From: Carpediemonas membranifera BICM
Lineage: Eukaryota > Protista > Fornicata
Length of the DNA stretch: 64,000 nt
NCBI GenBank assembly: GCA_019828565.1
Contig: JAHDYR010000045.1
Span: forward strand, 1-64,000
Direction: 5' to 3'
Shown in pieces: positions 44,543 to 58,222 of the stretch (the stretch's first letter is position 1; each line of letters starts with the position of its first letter). The position numbers and the translations under genes are program-made. The notes beneath the pieces were generated by a model that saw only the letters and a list, made by a program, of their open reading frames with translations, did no database searches and was not told the origin of the DNA.

Positions 44543-45277
44543 TTAGACAACGCCAGCTTCCACGATGGCGATGGCAGCCTCGTAATCGGCCATCTCGTCG
44601 ACCTCGGTGGCTTTGAGATGCGTCACATCGACAGCCTTGAGGGCGCCGCCGTGCTCGCAGTAGATGGAGAGCACGTCGTCGAAGTACTTGTTGGTGAGGC
44701 CCTTCCCGTTGAGGAACTCGACCATGGGAGCGCGGGGGACCTTGTAGACACCGATAGCTTCGCCCTGGCCACCGATCTGCTTGCCGAGGCGCTCAATCAT
44801 GTGAGTCTGCTCGTCGAAGTGTGCCTTGACGCATTCGTCGTCGATGTCACCGCAGATTACAGCAACGTTGTTCTGCTCATCCCGGGCAGAAAGGCGGAGG
44901 ATGTCGATGTCCATGACGACGTCGCCGTTGATGCAGACAACAGACTCCTCGGTCATCTCCTGCAGGCCGATGCGGGCGGACTCGGCGGTGTTGGTCGTGT
45001 TGTAATCATGGTTCATGTGAACAACAAGACCAGGTTCAATCGCGCGGATGTACGCCTCCATCTCTTCAGCTACGTTACCAAGGACGACATGAATGTCCGC
45101 GATCAAGCCTTCTTCACGAAGAGTGCGAAGCTGCTTAATCTGGCGCGAGACGATTGTATTACCGTCAGGAAGGGGTACGAAGCTCTTATGGCGTTGAGGC
45201 TCCTCTAGATGAGGCAAAAGCCTCGTACCATTGCCAGCAAGAAAAATAAGGGCTGGAACACCGCCGTTAGCGACCAT
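44543..45277 (-). CDS. Nucleotidyltransferase (NTP_transferase, LicC-like)
   Basis: LAGNGTRL..., HKSFVPL, NHDYNTTNTAES, INGDVV, EVDEMADY. Confidence 0.8.
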   Translation of the reverse strand: MVANGGVPALIFLAGNGTRLLPHLEEPQRHKSFVPLPDGNTIVSRQIKQLRTLREEGLIADIHVVLGNVAEEMEAYIRAIEPGLVVHMNHDYNTTNTAESARIGLQEMTEESVVCINGDVVMDIDILRLSARDEQNNVAVICGDIDDECVKAHFDEQTHMIERLGKQIGGQGEAIGVYKVPRAPMVEFLNGKGLTNKYFDDVLSIYCEHGGALKAVDVTHLKATEVDEMADYEAAIAIVEAGVV

Positions 45278-45580
45278 TTTCTATTGTTTTCGTTTGTCCG
45301 TTTGAGTCGACTGTGCGCGAAGTCTATCAACCGAAAATAGCAGAACAGTATTGGCTCAGCATTGATAAAGCTTCAACGGTTCCCATGCCCGACCATTTAG
45401 AACACTTCACAGCCTTTCAACCGCCTTCCGTGCTTCACGACGAGAATTCGCAGGATAAAAAAATTTGGTCTGACAGGACTGTAGTCACGTGACCGAGCTG
45501 CGTCTAATAGAATGCGGCGTATAGCAACGCACACTTCCCAGCTGAGATGCTCCTTGCTATTCTTACAAAACGAATAATGG

Positions 45581-45808
45581 TCACCCCATCTGCAAATCAA
45601 GGTCAGGATTGTCGATAGCAAGCTCGATGATAGCCTGCCAGTCGCTGTCGTTGCCCAACCGGACGGATTTGTAGAACGCTCGCGAGGCCGCTTCTGGCTG
45701 GCCGCAATGATGGAGGGAATAGGCCAATATGTGCTGTGCCTCCTTCAATGTCGCATCATTACGCAGACAATGCTTCACAGCCTCGATAGCGAACGGGTAA
45801 TTGTGCAA
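45581..45808 (-). CDS. Exon of a TPR-like gene; other exons not resolved; duplicated at 47102..47329
   Basis: FAIEAVKHCL...EAQHILAYSL...EAASRAFYKSV is a helical-repeat pattern. Confidence 0.5.
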   Translation of the reverse strand: MHNYPFAIEAVKHCLRNDATLKEAQHILAYSLHHCGQPEAASRAFYKSVRLGNDSDWQAIIELAIDNPDLDLQMG

Positions 45809-46229
45809 TTTGTAGAATCCACGAGAAACATAGAGCCAGGAGATCGCATCTGGATAAAAACGACTGACAATACGTACCTTCTGGCAAGAACCCTACGTTT
45901 TCGAGCAGGTGGTCATTAAGCGACAGTGTCGCCATCAATAGTTTTTCGAACAGTATAGCGATCATTAAAGTGCACCCTCGATCAATTGGTAGTCTTTGCA
46001 GACCACAAACGGTGATGACCTACCCTGCGTTGTCCCGGATCCGTGGCCACAGTCCAGTGCCAGTCCACCACACGCTCAAACGGGAATCCGCTTCAATAAA
46101 CACGTGGATGTGGTGGCATGCGGAGCGTTTGCACACAGTCCTAAGTGAGTGCTGGCTTACCCTAGCCTGGTGATCACAACTAAAGCGAACTTGCAATTCT
46201 GCGAATCAGCAGGGGATTTAGTGACAAAA

Positions 46230-46778
<549 letters not shown>

Positions 46779-47097
46779 TTATTGGGGTGTTGTGTCCGTG
46801 AAGTTTTTTTTCACCCATACCATTTTTTTATCCACGTCCAGTTATTTCTGCACTCAGCACCACAGCCGGTCTGGCAAGCATCCACCCTGGAGGATGTGAA
46901 TACGGACCGAATGGTGCGCTCATGAAGATTCTGGAGAGTTGGAAGTCAGGGCCTTTACCTGCACTGCTCTGCACCAAGTGAGCACACCCTTGCACGTTCC
47001 TGCGACGAAATCATTCATCGTGATCCGGAGCCAGAGATTCGGTGTTTCTCTGTCGAAACAACTTTATCGGACGCTGGATTTACGAGAAAAAACGAAT

Positions 47098-48332
<1,235 letters not shown>

Positions 48333-48389
48333 GCCGAAAAAAAAATCAGGACGGGATTTAAGAGAAGACGGAAGACGACCACCCGTCAG

Positions 48390-48780
48390 TTGCAGATCGA
48401 GGCGGAGCTCGACGCCTTGGTATTTCGCTGCATCCTGCTCGACATGCTTGAGAATCACCAATAAATGTGAGAGACTTAACCCGACCTGGCAGCCACCAAC
48501 TCAGAGCAATCCAAGGCCGAGCCAGCCTCGGTGCCCACCGTGAAGCGGACATGGTCACACTGTCCCAGCTCCATCCCAAGCTCCATCACCAAGAACCCCA
48601 GGAACGGCCAGATCATCATGACGAACTGGGAAGAAAATAAGTTCTGCACTGGAAGGGGGTGCCATCAGAACCCTTGAAGGGGCGGCCATATGATCATAGG
48701 CAACTCTGACACACTCGAACGGGCCGGCACGACTCCTGCTCCTCTAGATCGACTCCGAATGAAGAGAGACGGACGGATAG
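48390..48780 (+). pseudogene. Degenerate relic of the LINE exonuclease ORF
   Basis: caccaagaaccccaggaacggccagatcatcatgacgaactgggaagaaaa aligns with 15941..15991 (TKNP..GQIIMTNWEEN); the similarity continues with indels. Confidence 0.75.
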
Positions 48781-50575
48781 AGACCCCGAGGAACGCCACC
48801 GCACAGCGCGATGAGTTCAGCGGGGCGAGACGTAACCTCCAGACAGGATCGGTCGGAATATTCGGCGCTTGGCCGATCCCCTAGAACGCCTTATGTGCGG
48901 AGAGCGGTTTCCAAGGCCGACGCCTCAGCAGCTCTGTCCGCGCTCCGCGACGCTGCTAAGAGTGCGGTCGAGCTGGCCCACTTTGACCCCGCGAGGCCGA
49001 TAGACCTTTTTACGATACGCCACACTGCTACTGCTACTGGCAAGAATCAGGTTTCAGAAATCAGCTGACTCTGTGAGAAGCTGTAGCGGCTACGCTCGGG
49101 CGTTCAGCCATTCGCTGAGAGCGTGCGATTGTGACCTCTGACCTCAAGAAGCGGACATGCAAGTCCCCGCGCTGCCGCTCACACGCCGCTCCAGCCATAC
49201 CCAGCGTCCGGCCCACATGACCCCCGAGCCCACTCGCACCATCGAGGTCAAACATGCTGCACCGGCTGCATTCCCTCGTCGGGACCGGCGTCTCGCTCCA
49301 CAAGTAACCAGGCGGTACAGCGTCCCGGCAATTCGCTGACGGCAGATGTCGTTCGCTCCGCGGTCTGTTCACACGTGTGAATGTGTGCCGTTCGTGTGGT
49401 TCTGTCCTGGTCGCGTCGGTAATCCCGAGCGTGCTTTGCCTTGTTGGGGTTCATCGCAATCAGCCCATCCACAACTCTATCGATCTCTCAGTCACCTCGG
49501 CAATAAACTGCTCGTCATCCTCGTCGTATCATGGTGTCACATTGGGGATGGTGAACGGAGTGAGCAAATCTGGCAAATCAGTTTACCCGGTACCGAGCTG
49601 GCTGAGCGGCCAGAAGAACAAACTGCCTAATGCCGGCTTGTGCTTCTCATCACTCTTTGCTTTTGTCCTCACGCTCCTCAATCCGACGGAGACGACCTTG
49701 ACGCTCGATCCAAGATAAATAGAACAACACTGGCAGCAGCGCGTCAGCCAGTCCGTGGTAGCGCCTTGCCCTTGAGGCCAGGTCAACGCTTGGATAGCTG
49801 AGCGATGAATAATGTGCAGCTGTGCGCGGCAAGAGCGGGCTCGCATCACATGTGGGCAATTCTGGCAAATGGAAATTTCGGACGAAAATGACCCCCCATG
49901 GGTGTGACTCACAGATGGGGGCTCCACGCCGCGGGCTTGCCCTCCCGCATACACTCGCCAACCGCCAGCAGCTGCTGGGTCGTCCAAGTGTATCATCTAG
50001 GCTCACTGTCCTAGGTCCATCTGATGTCCGCGCGGCAGTCTCACGCCGCCCGCGCGCTCCTAGCTAGAAGCCGGGTTCCGCGCCGTGTAAGGTGGCGCGG
50101 ATGTCCCGGTGTGCAGCAAGGGCCAGAGGCCAATGCAATACCACGGGTCCGAAGACGCCGTGGCGCACAGCTAGGATTTTGACATCATTAGATGGTGGCG
50201 GACTTACCTTGTTGCCGCTCCAGGGTCCCGTCGGAGCACCTGATTGATGTTGTTTAGTTCGGCACGAAGAAGTGACCGAAACTGAGAGAGAGTGAGGAAT
50301 CGTGATCTATATGTGGTAAATGAGCATCCTAAACAGATATAGCAGCAGAGGTGCTTGGAGAGCGATTATATTCGTGCGCGCGAAGGAATGTGTGAAAAAA
50401 GTGGCGTCGAAAAAAGAGATACAGAAAAAAAAAGGATGACATATTCTGCATATTCTGCGCGGCCATCTCGAGGACGGCAGACGTTGCGTTCAAGGCTGTT
50501 AGTGGGGCAATCGCACTCTATTCAGGCCTAGTTGATGGTGTTACGCCATTGGGAGCGGGCTGAGGGTGGATCGTG

Positions 50576-50984
50576 TCAAACTGAGTCGTCATTTTCGACG
50601 ACTCAGAAACTAAGGTTGGGAGTTTAAAGACTAAGATGGGTCATCCATCCTGTATGAGCTTCTCTTGCAGTGCAATGGTGTGAGTTTCAGCCCTCCTTGA
50701 ATCTATGCGCCATGTTCGAAGTCGGTCGAAATCGAAGATCGGATCGACTCCAAACGCATACTTCCAGTGTGCGCCCGCTGATAATGGCCCGGATCCAGAT
50801 GTTAGAGGGCTATACAAGCTTTATGGCAGAGCGACAGTGATTCGACGGTTGTAGTCGAGGTGACGGCATCGCTCAGCTTCGGACCCAGTCTCGGGACGAT
50901 TTCGAAAAGCAGGTGAACATGTCGCCAACCAAATCGATGGCCGATATAGCTTCGGAGTGGGCTCTAAAGCATGCATTCACGCAC
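50576..50984 (+). repeat. ~409-bp direct repeat, copy 1
   Basis: Near-identical to 54655..55063. Confidence 0.95.
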
Positions 50985-51326
50985 CATGTAATACTTTATA
51001 TACGTGACCTAATGTATCACATAAATACCCTGGAGCCCCGTGACAAGAGCTCGACGACAGTGACGTTAGCATCGGGGTACATCCAAAGAAAGGGAACCCA
51101 GGCACAGTGGTAAATGTCACGCTCAGGGTCGACTGTCACTTCGAGCCGGTGTGAATGGGCGTGGCAATTTCGTCAGCAAGAGAAGGGTTGCCGTTCGAGC
51201 TGATGTAATGTTGTAGAGCTCCGCAAGGAAGCCGTAGAAGTTATGGATAGTTTCCAGCGATTCAGCCATTCCAGGGAAAGACACACAAAATGCGGCGCTA
51301 TTTATATTCTATGTAATTCAATCCGA

Positions 51327-52322
51327 TTAGTAAAGCTTGGCAGTGTTAAGGGCGGCGGCCTCGACCTCCTGGGTGAGGTGGCAGTCCTCGAGTTGGACAT
51401 CGTCCGAGAGATTGTGCATTCTCCTGATAAACAGGCGATACTTCTGCAGGCGGGAGGCGACGTTCTCCCTGGTAATCGACTCAACGTTCATGAGGCTGAG
51501 TACGTTCTTGGGTACCGCTGACTTGATCCCGAGAGTGTGCACTGAGGAGACAAAGCGGTTGTGGAGCTCAGGGGTCCACACAAGACGACGGCGGCCGTCC
51601 TTGCCGAGCTTTCCCTCGGGACGGGTAGCGTATGCCTCGTCCTGGTGCGCCTCAAAGGCGGCCCGGTCCATGCGTGGGAAGCGGGGTCCAAGTGCCTGGG
51701 CCTGGAGGAAGGTGGAGTGTTTGGGGGCAGTCTTGCGGGCCTTCTTCTTGGTGGGCGCTGAGGCGGCGGCGGGAGCCTGTGTGGGAGCGGGAGCCATGAC
51801 GACCTTATGCTGCACCATGGTCGTCTTGCGGACATAGAGGGACTTGGATGTCGCAAGAGGAGCAAGGCGTGTGGTGAAGACAGGGACTGTGCTGGCCGAG
51901 TCCTTGTCGTCGGAAAGACCGGGGAAGTGCGCGATGGTTTGAGTTTCGACTTCGGGCTCGTTGATGCAGACGAACTCGTCCTTGTTGGCCTCAATGAGGC
52001 GAGGGAGCTCGAAGACTTCGACAGGGGCGACAGGGGCAGCTGTCGCAACAGGCATGGAGACCTGAGCAATGGAAGCAGGGTTCACGGGAGTGATAACGGG
52101 GACGGAAACACTGTCCAGGTTGAATTGAGGAATCCCAGAGAATGTAGATTGAGCCTGTGGCTGTACTTGGGGCTGAGATTTGAACTGAGGAACAGCGGGA
52201 GCGGGCTCTTCAGAAAGAACTGGTACTGGTAGCTGCTTTCTGTTGGTTTCGAGGTCCATTTCAAAGGGACTATCGAAATAGAGTGCCTCGCTGGCAAAGA
52301 CGTCGTTCAGGAGGAAATCCAT
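51327..52322 (-). CDS. GARP (SHAQKYF-class) Myb-like transcription factor
   Basis: RRRLVWTPELHNRFVSSV..LGIKSAVPKNVLSLMNVESITRENVASRLQKYR. Confidence 0.92.
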   Translation of the reverse strand: MDFLLNDVFASEALYFDSPFEMDLETNRKQLPVPVLSEEPAPAVPQFKSQPQVQPQAQSTFSGIPQFNLDSVSVPVITPVNPASIAQVSMPVATAAPVAPVEVFELPRLIEANKDEFVCINEPEVETQTIAHFPGLSDDKDSASTVPVFTTRLAPLATSKSLYVRKTTMVQHKVVMAPAPTQAPAAASAPTKKKARKTAPKHSTFLQAQALGPRFPRMDRAAFEAHQDEAYATRPEGKLGKDGRRRLVWTPELHNRFVSSVHTLGIKSAVPKNVLSLMNVESITRENVASRLQKYRLFIRRMHNLSDDVQLEDCHLTQEVEAAALNTAKLY

Positions 52323-52645
52323 GCGGTATTCGCCTAATTAGGAGCGAATGGTTTGATGCGAAATGACTCGAAACGACTGCATGATCACGCTGCCCTGACG
52401 ATCGCGGACCGATCAAGAGCAGAAACAGACTCCAAATGACTGCTCGAAGCACCCCTAGGCTTGGTTAGGCCGCCCGAAGCCTTCCCGCCTATTCTCAATC
52501 ACTTGAGCAGATCTTCGCATCTGACCCGGGTCGGATTATAGATTCGGGCAGCATAAAAATATTTTGAGACCATACCGCCCCAACGAAGGGCGTAGAGTAC
52601 GCTAAAAGGGTTTAAAATGAGCGGTAAAGCTTTGTTCGGCCAAAT

Positions 52646-53647
52646 TCATCTGCCCCAATTTTCGCTCTCGGGTAGAGCGTATTCCTCTGCCTTGAGCTTC
52701 AGCTCTAGCGCCGCTTCAAAGATCTCTAGCGTCAGTGGCACGTGCTGTATGGTCATCATCACCTCTTCAAACGGCGCTTTCAAAATACTTTTCTTCAACG
52801 ATCGCATATATGCCAACCCAACGCGGAATACAATGATAACGCCCTCGCAGCAGAAGCAATCGAAGATCCGCACGGCCACCTCGAACGGGGCAGCGTATAT
52901 GAAGAGCGTCATGAACCACTGGGTCGTGTAAAAGGACGCGTCGATGCTATGCCGGGCCAAGGCCTTGAAGATGGCCGGCTCGCGCTTGCTCAAGAGCTTG
53001 TTCCACTGCTTGAAGCGCACCTGGAGCTTGGGAAAGCCGGCATCAAAGATGCCAGGCATCCTATCAATAACTATCTGGCGCAGGGCCCAGAAGGCCTCCT
53101 TCTCGGACATGTACATAAGGAGTACGCCCGATATAAACCCCATGCCCTGGCAATACCCAACCTCTGGCTTATAGCAGGCGAAGGCGTTGAGGTTTCTCTC
53201 CAGCGCGTCCCTCCCAACTGCTTCCCCAGCCCGCCCCTCTGAAGCTCTGAACATGGCGTGGGACGGGAACGTCCTTTCAATGTCTCTCGCGATGGTGGAC
53301 CTGGCCTCCTCGTTCGTCTTGGTGAGTAGCGCGTCGTACGAGCTCTTGTTGCCGAGCTCGTGGTGTTGGTAGAGGACAGTCGACTGGAGAAGCTTCTGCC
53401 ACACGGCGCCGCGGAATTGCTCAGGTATCCCCTTGCGGACACGCTGTCTAAACTTCGGAGTGTGATGGAATGTGCACCAGTTGGAGGGACGAAGCATCCA
53501 TGTCCACTTAACGACCCTGGAATGCTCTTTCTCGATAGCTTGTCGCGTAGGAAGCCTCACGGGCCCGCTGGCGTCTGTATTGACAATGAATCCATATCTG
53601 TCTAGCTGAGCAACGTTTTCCTGTCGTGGTGAGTCTGGAGCCTCCAT
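52646..53647 (-). CDS. Rab-GAP TBC-domain protein
   Basis: RKGIPEQFRGAVW, IARDIERTFP, GYCQGM, QWFMTLF. Confidence 0.95.
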   Translation of the reverse strand: MEAPDSPRQENVAQLDRYGFIVNTDASGPVRLPTRQAIEKEHSRVVKWTWMLRPSNWCTFHHTPKFRQRVRKGIPEQFRGAVWQKLLQSTVLYQHHELGNKSSYDALLTKTNEEARSTIARDIERTFPSHAMFRASEGRAGEAVGRDALERNLNAFACYKPEVGYCQGMGFISGVLLMYMSEKEAFWALRQIVIDRMPGIFDAGFPKLQVRFKQWNKLLSKREPAIFKALARHSIDASFYTTQWFMTLFIYAAPFEVAVRIFDCFCCEGVIIVFRVGLAYMRSLKKSILKAPFEEVMMTIQHVPLTLEIFEAALELKLKAEEYALPESENWGR

Positions 53648-53920
53648 TGGGAGGCTGTTGGACAAGATTTCGGTGTTGTTGACGAACGCAGATTATGCCT
53701 GGGATCACGTAGAGCCTGCCCAAGTCTGAATGCGGCCTGAATGAGTCTAGCTTAGACGTAGCGTCTCAGCTGGAGACGTTTCTCTCAAACATTTGACAAG
53801 CAACTGCGTTTCAAGTCTGCACTCACCTTCCCAACCGCGGAACAACCTCTGGTCTCAACAGACCTGTCAATGCATGGGCTAGGTATGGGCATAGTTTTAC
53901 ATTTATGAGTGAAAACAAGT

Positions 53921-54472
53921 CTATTCTTCATCATCCCAGATGTGGAATCCCGTTGGCTTCTTGACCGGCATCGGAGGTCTCTCGCTCGGCTCGTGGGCGT
54001 AAGGGAGGTTAAGCTTCTGCTCGATGTTGGAGGCGTTTGTGACGTCAGAGCTGGCCTTCCCATAGTACGTAGCCTTCTCCTCGCCGGCCCCATGGGTCGG
54101 GCACGACTGGAGATATGCGGGGAGGTCCTCCTTCACGACCTTCTTGCTCACACACTCCTCGCTGACGATACGGGAGGAGTCTGAGGTGTATGTGGCCATG
54201 CTCACCGTGCGGTAGTCCGTCTTGGCCTCGTCTTGGCGGAAAACAGGGTTCAAACCTCTCTGGATTACACGCTCCTTCTGCTCCTCGGTTCTTTTCACTG
54301 GTTTAGGAGAGTCTCTGGTGATTTGGGTGTCATTGGAGTAACTTGTGCGCCAATCGGCCGTTGTTGATTCATGGAACTCGAAAGGAGAGCCATTTTGGCG
54401 GTCCTCGTACTATGTAACGTAAGAATAGTGTAGACGTACCCAGTTCCCCTGCTTAGTCCCCTTGGAGTACAT
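53921..54472 (-). CDS. Small probable ciliary protein (CFAP107/CFAP68-like N-terminus); 30-nt intron at 54410..54439
   Basis: MYSKGTKQGNW|YEDR is joined by a GTACGT...ATAG intron in frame with ORF 53921..54298. Confidence 0.5.
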
Positions 54473-54654
54473 GTTTGGTGAGTTGTTTTCTGAATCGTTT
54501 GCTCATAATATTTCCCTGCTCAAAAGGCCGGTTCATGTCGGACCCAGTCCGATAAGCCCGTCCACATGTCCGTATGATCACGCGAAGAATGCTTCAATGT
54601 GTAATTTCTGTGGGACATCTCTTCCGAGGCTGGCCGTCTGGACTACCAGTGGGC

Positions 54655-55063
54655 TCAAACTGAGTCGTCATTTTCGACGACTCAGAAACTAAGGTTGGGA
54701 GTTTAAAGACTAAGATGGGTCATCCATCCTGTATGAGCTTCTCTTGCAGTGCAATGGTGTGAGTTTCAGCCCTCCTTGAATCTATGCGCCATGTTCGAAG
54801 TCGGTCGAAATCGAAGATCGGATCGACTCCAAACGCATACTTCCAGTGTGCGCCCGCTGATAATGGCCCGGATCCAGATGTTAGAGGGCTATACAAGCTT
54901 TATGGCAGAGCGACAGTGATTCGACGGTTGTAGTCGAGGTGACGGCATCGCTCAGCTTCGGACCCAGTCTCGGGACGATTTCGAAAAGCAGGTGAACATG
55001 TCGCCAACCAAATCGATGGCCGATATAGCTTCGGAGTGGGCTCTAAAGCATGCATTCGCGCAC
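54655..55063 (+). repeat. ~409-bp direct repeat, copy 2
   Basis: Near-identical to 50576..50984. Confidence 0.95.
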
Positions 55064-55415
55064 AATTTTGACTGATGGTGTCTGGGTTGACATGGGTCTG
55101 ACCGACCCAGACCGATTTTGCTGTGTGCCAGAGGGCTAGCCTCCTGGTCTGCCCTCGCGCACGCCTGGCCCCTCCTCTCCCCTGTGTTGATTTGCCTCCT
55201 TGTTCCCTTGCAGTATCGGTGTGGGGTGTTCATTCGAAAGAAAGAAATGAAAGAAATTTACGTTTGCCTGGTGTCTGGCCCCGGACTGAGCTTGCTTTCC
55301 CATTGTGGCGTTTCCTGTCTCCTTGCTGCCGAGTCATTGAGTTTTGCCAGATAAAACCACCTTTACCTTTTTGCCTAGCATACGGCACAATGTCGACATT
55401 AGCAAGTATGGAGGT

Positions 55416-56807
55416 TCGGAGTTCGAACGCCAAGGTCAAGCGGTGGGCAGACGCTATCGCAGACCTAGATTTCGAGATCAAGCACGTCGCGGGTCTCGAT
55501 AACGGCGCAGCCGACGGACTATCCCGAGTTTACACTCTGCGGACGACGGCGTCACAATCCGACATTAAGGCAGCCCACGAATTCGCAGGCGCCCATCTAT
55601 CGAGGCATATGACGATGGAGAGACTATGGGCTGACAACCTCGTCGTGTCCAGGTCTGCCGTGGATGAATTCGTTTCGGAATGCCCAGTCTGCCAAGTCAC
55701 AGAGAGACCAACAGTCGACTAGCCAGATGGATTATATACCGCTGTTGACGAACCGTTCCGAAGGGTAGCGATCGACACGATGGGCCCGTTTCCTCCGATC
55801 GACGGCATGAAGTACGTGACCGTCATTATCGACATGTGCTCGAGATGGACGGAGCTCGTCCCCGTAGCATCGACCACTGGGAAAGACGCTGCAAACGCAT
55901 TCGTCAACGCATGGGTCCTGAGATACGGCTGCCCGGAGGTACTCCAATCTGACGGTGGACCCGAGTTCCACAATCAGCTCTTCGCGCGTCTCTCTTCAGA
56001 GATGGGGTTCAAGACGCACATAACCACACCGCACCACCCGCAGAGTAACGGGATGGTAGAACGGGCGAACAGAGAAGTCGAGCGCATCCTCATCGCCAGA
56101 AAGTTTCATTTACATGATACTAATTGGCTCCACCATTTACCTGCCGCGCAATTTATTGTTAACTCCTGCCCAAGAGTGGCGACCAGACTGACGCCAGCCG
56201 AAGTAATGTTCGGCCATAACCTCGTCCCTAACACTCTATTTGTCAGCGAGGACCAAACTAAGACCGGCAGGACGCAAGATAACCTGAAGGCGGCCGAGGC
56301 GTGCGTACTGTTAGCCAAGGCGAGAATACAGGCACGCCGAGAGGACGCGCTGGCCAAAGCTACATCATCAAGAAAAGAGCTGCTTTCGCGATTCGTCATG
56401 GTCAAGTATCCCAGCAGACCACCCAACAAGATGTCTCCCGGCTGGAGAGGACCGATGCGCAGAGTCAAGTGCATTAAGAAAGACGGAGTGCCCGTGGCTT
56501 ACATCGTTCAGAACCTCAGCGAAGATCGCAAAATGGGAAGACGATCACCGTGGACTCCGCCAGAGTGAGAAGGTTCAATTCGGGAGGACTATCAGAAGCA
56601 CAAGTAGCGAAGTTGGCTGCCACTAGTGTTGATGAGTTCGAGGTTGACAGAATCTCGGCAGCACGTGGCGCCGGCCCAATGTCCAAGAGAGAATACCTAG
56701 TACACTGGGTTGGGTTCGAAGACGAGGAAGCCTCATGGGAACCGTATGCCAACGTCAAGGATGCAGTGGCGCTGGACGAGTTCCTACAGAGCGAGAAAAG
56801 AACATAG
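55416..56807 (+). mobile_element. Ty3/gypsy pol 3' fragment (RNase H end, integrase, chromodomain) with a stop and a frameshift
   Basis: NGAADGLSR, H..GAH..CPVC, SDGGPEF, NGMVERAN, YLVHWVGFEDEEASWEP; closely related to 62377..63999. Confidence 0.9.
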
Positions 56808-56839
56808 ACCTGCTACTGTATGTACCTGTAAAGGGCAGG

Positions 56840-56936
56840 TGAGGTCAAGCATTTCATTTAATCCTCATCACTGGTAAGTGTTGTGATATAGATAGATTTC
56901 GGTGCATTTTAAGGTAAACAGTTCACGTCCACAACA
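56840..56936 (+). repeat. Putative 97-bp LTR between a pol end and a gag start
   Basis: Preceded by aaagggcagg, bounded TG..CA, and followed by gtaattact exactly as the 39605 LTR is. Confidence 0.65.
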
Positions 56937-56950
56937 GTAATTACTGCAAG

Positions 56951-58072
56951 ATGACTAGGAACGAAGCTCTTAAGAAGCCCATTCTCGATTCTTTCGAGTT
57001 TGGTGCACTCCAGCGCCATCTGTCACGTTGTGTTAGCTGTCCCAATCAGTTCTTTTATGATTGGTCAATGATCGTCAAAGTCAATTTAAAGTTAGTTCAT
57101 CGTTTCCCTTCGGTGTTCCTGTCCCCTGCCCGTCACAGTTATATAACTTTCGATTAAGGCTACTTTCCCGATGAACATTGACGCCCTGTCTAACTTTTTG
57201 GCCCCATGGTTGAATTCGGCTAAGCCGAAATCATGGTACTCGTTCCGAGACAATTACCGTTCTTTTAACGCCCGCACGAACTCCGAAATTCCGATCTTCA
57301 GTCTCATTAGCCAATTGTTATTCAGCTCCTGGAGATGAGTGATCCTGAGCTCCATGCCTTCATCGCAGAAGCGCGCGCGGCACTTGAATCTCCTCGTGTG
57401 CCTGAAGTGGCCGAGGAGAATGTAGGCCAGATCGCTATGGTCGCCGCCGCGCCTGCAGAAGAAGAAGAGGACGAAGACACGTCTGACGACTCCGACTCAT
57501 CCTCTTCCGATGATGACGATGAGCTGGCTCCCCCTCCCGAAGACTGGAATGAGGCTTTTATTGATCGCGTGAACCGCATCTTCGCCCCCCTTGATAAGCA
57601 AGATGCTCTCGACCGGTTCGACGATATCAAGTTCCCCGACGGTAACCTCTACGAGTCCATGCTAACCTACGTGTTCCTTTACTCGCGGATGATTATGAAC
57701 TGCGCGCATGTCCGTCCGAAGGAGTCTTCGTTAGTTCAGAAGTTCCTGACCAACGTGCGCGGAGACCGTCTACGTGAGCGCTGCGCCACCTACAAGGACA
57801 AGCGATCGTTTGAACGAACGGCTCAGGCAGCTATTGCGCAAGCCAGAAAGGCTGAGCAAGCGGAGAGAGAAGGTCGCCGGTCCAAGAGTAAAGGGCAGGC
57901 ATACGTTGACTTTCTCCTCGCAGCTCTGACCCAAGGTAAGCCAAGCCAAGCCTCTGCTCGTCCCCTGTTCCCGATCCGCCTCCTGCAGTGCCCCTCATCT
58001 GCGTTGTACGACACTGGCGCCACGGCCAACTTTATCTCAGAAGAGCTAGTGTCATGGCTGATGCCACTCTAG
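56951..58072 (+). pseudogene. Decayed gag and protease fragment
   Basis: Gag-like acidic and helical region; ALYDTGATANFIS protease motif. Confidence 0.65.
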
Positions 58073-58222
58073 GCTCGATCAGTATTTATTTTTAGCCGAT
58101 ACGATACGGTCCCGGCTGGCCCGCGGCACCGTATCGCAATCTATTAAATACTTCCTCACCAGGTTTTGCTAGCACGCCCCAAAGGCACGGCACAGTTTTA
58201 AAACTAGTCCACAACAACCACC

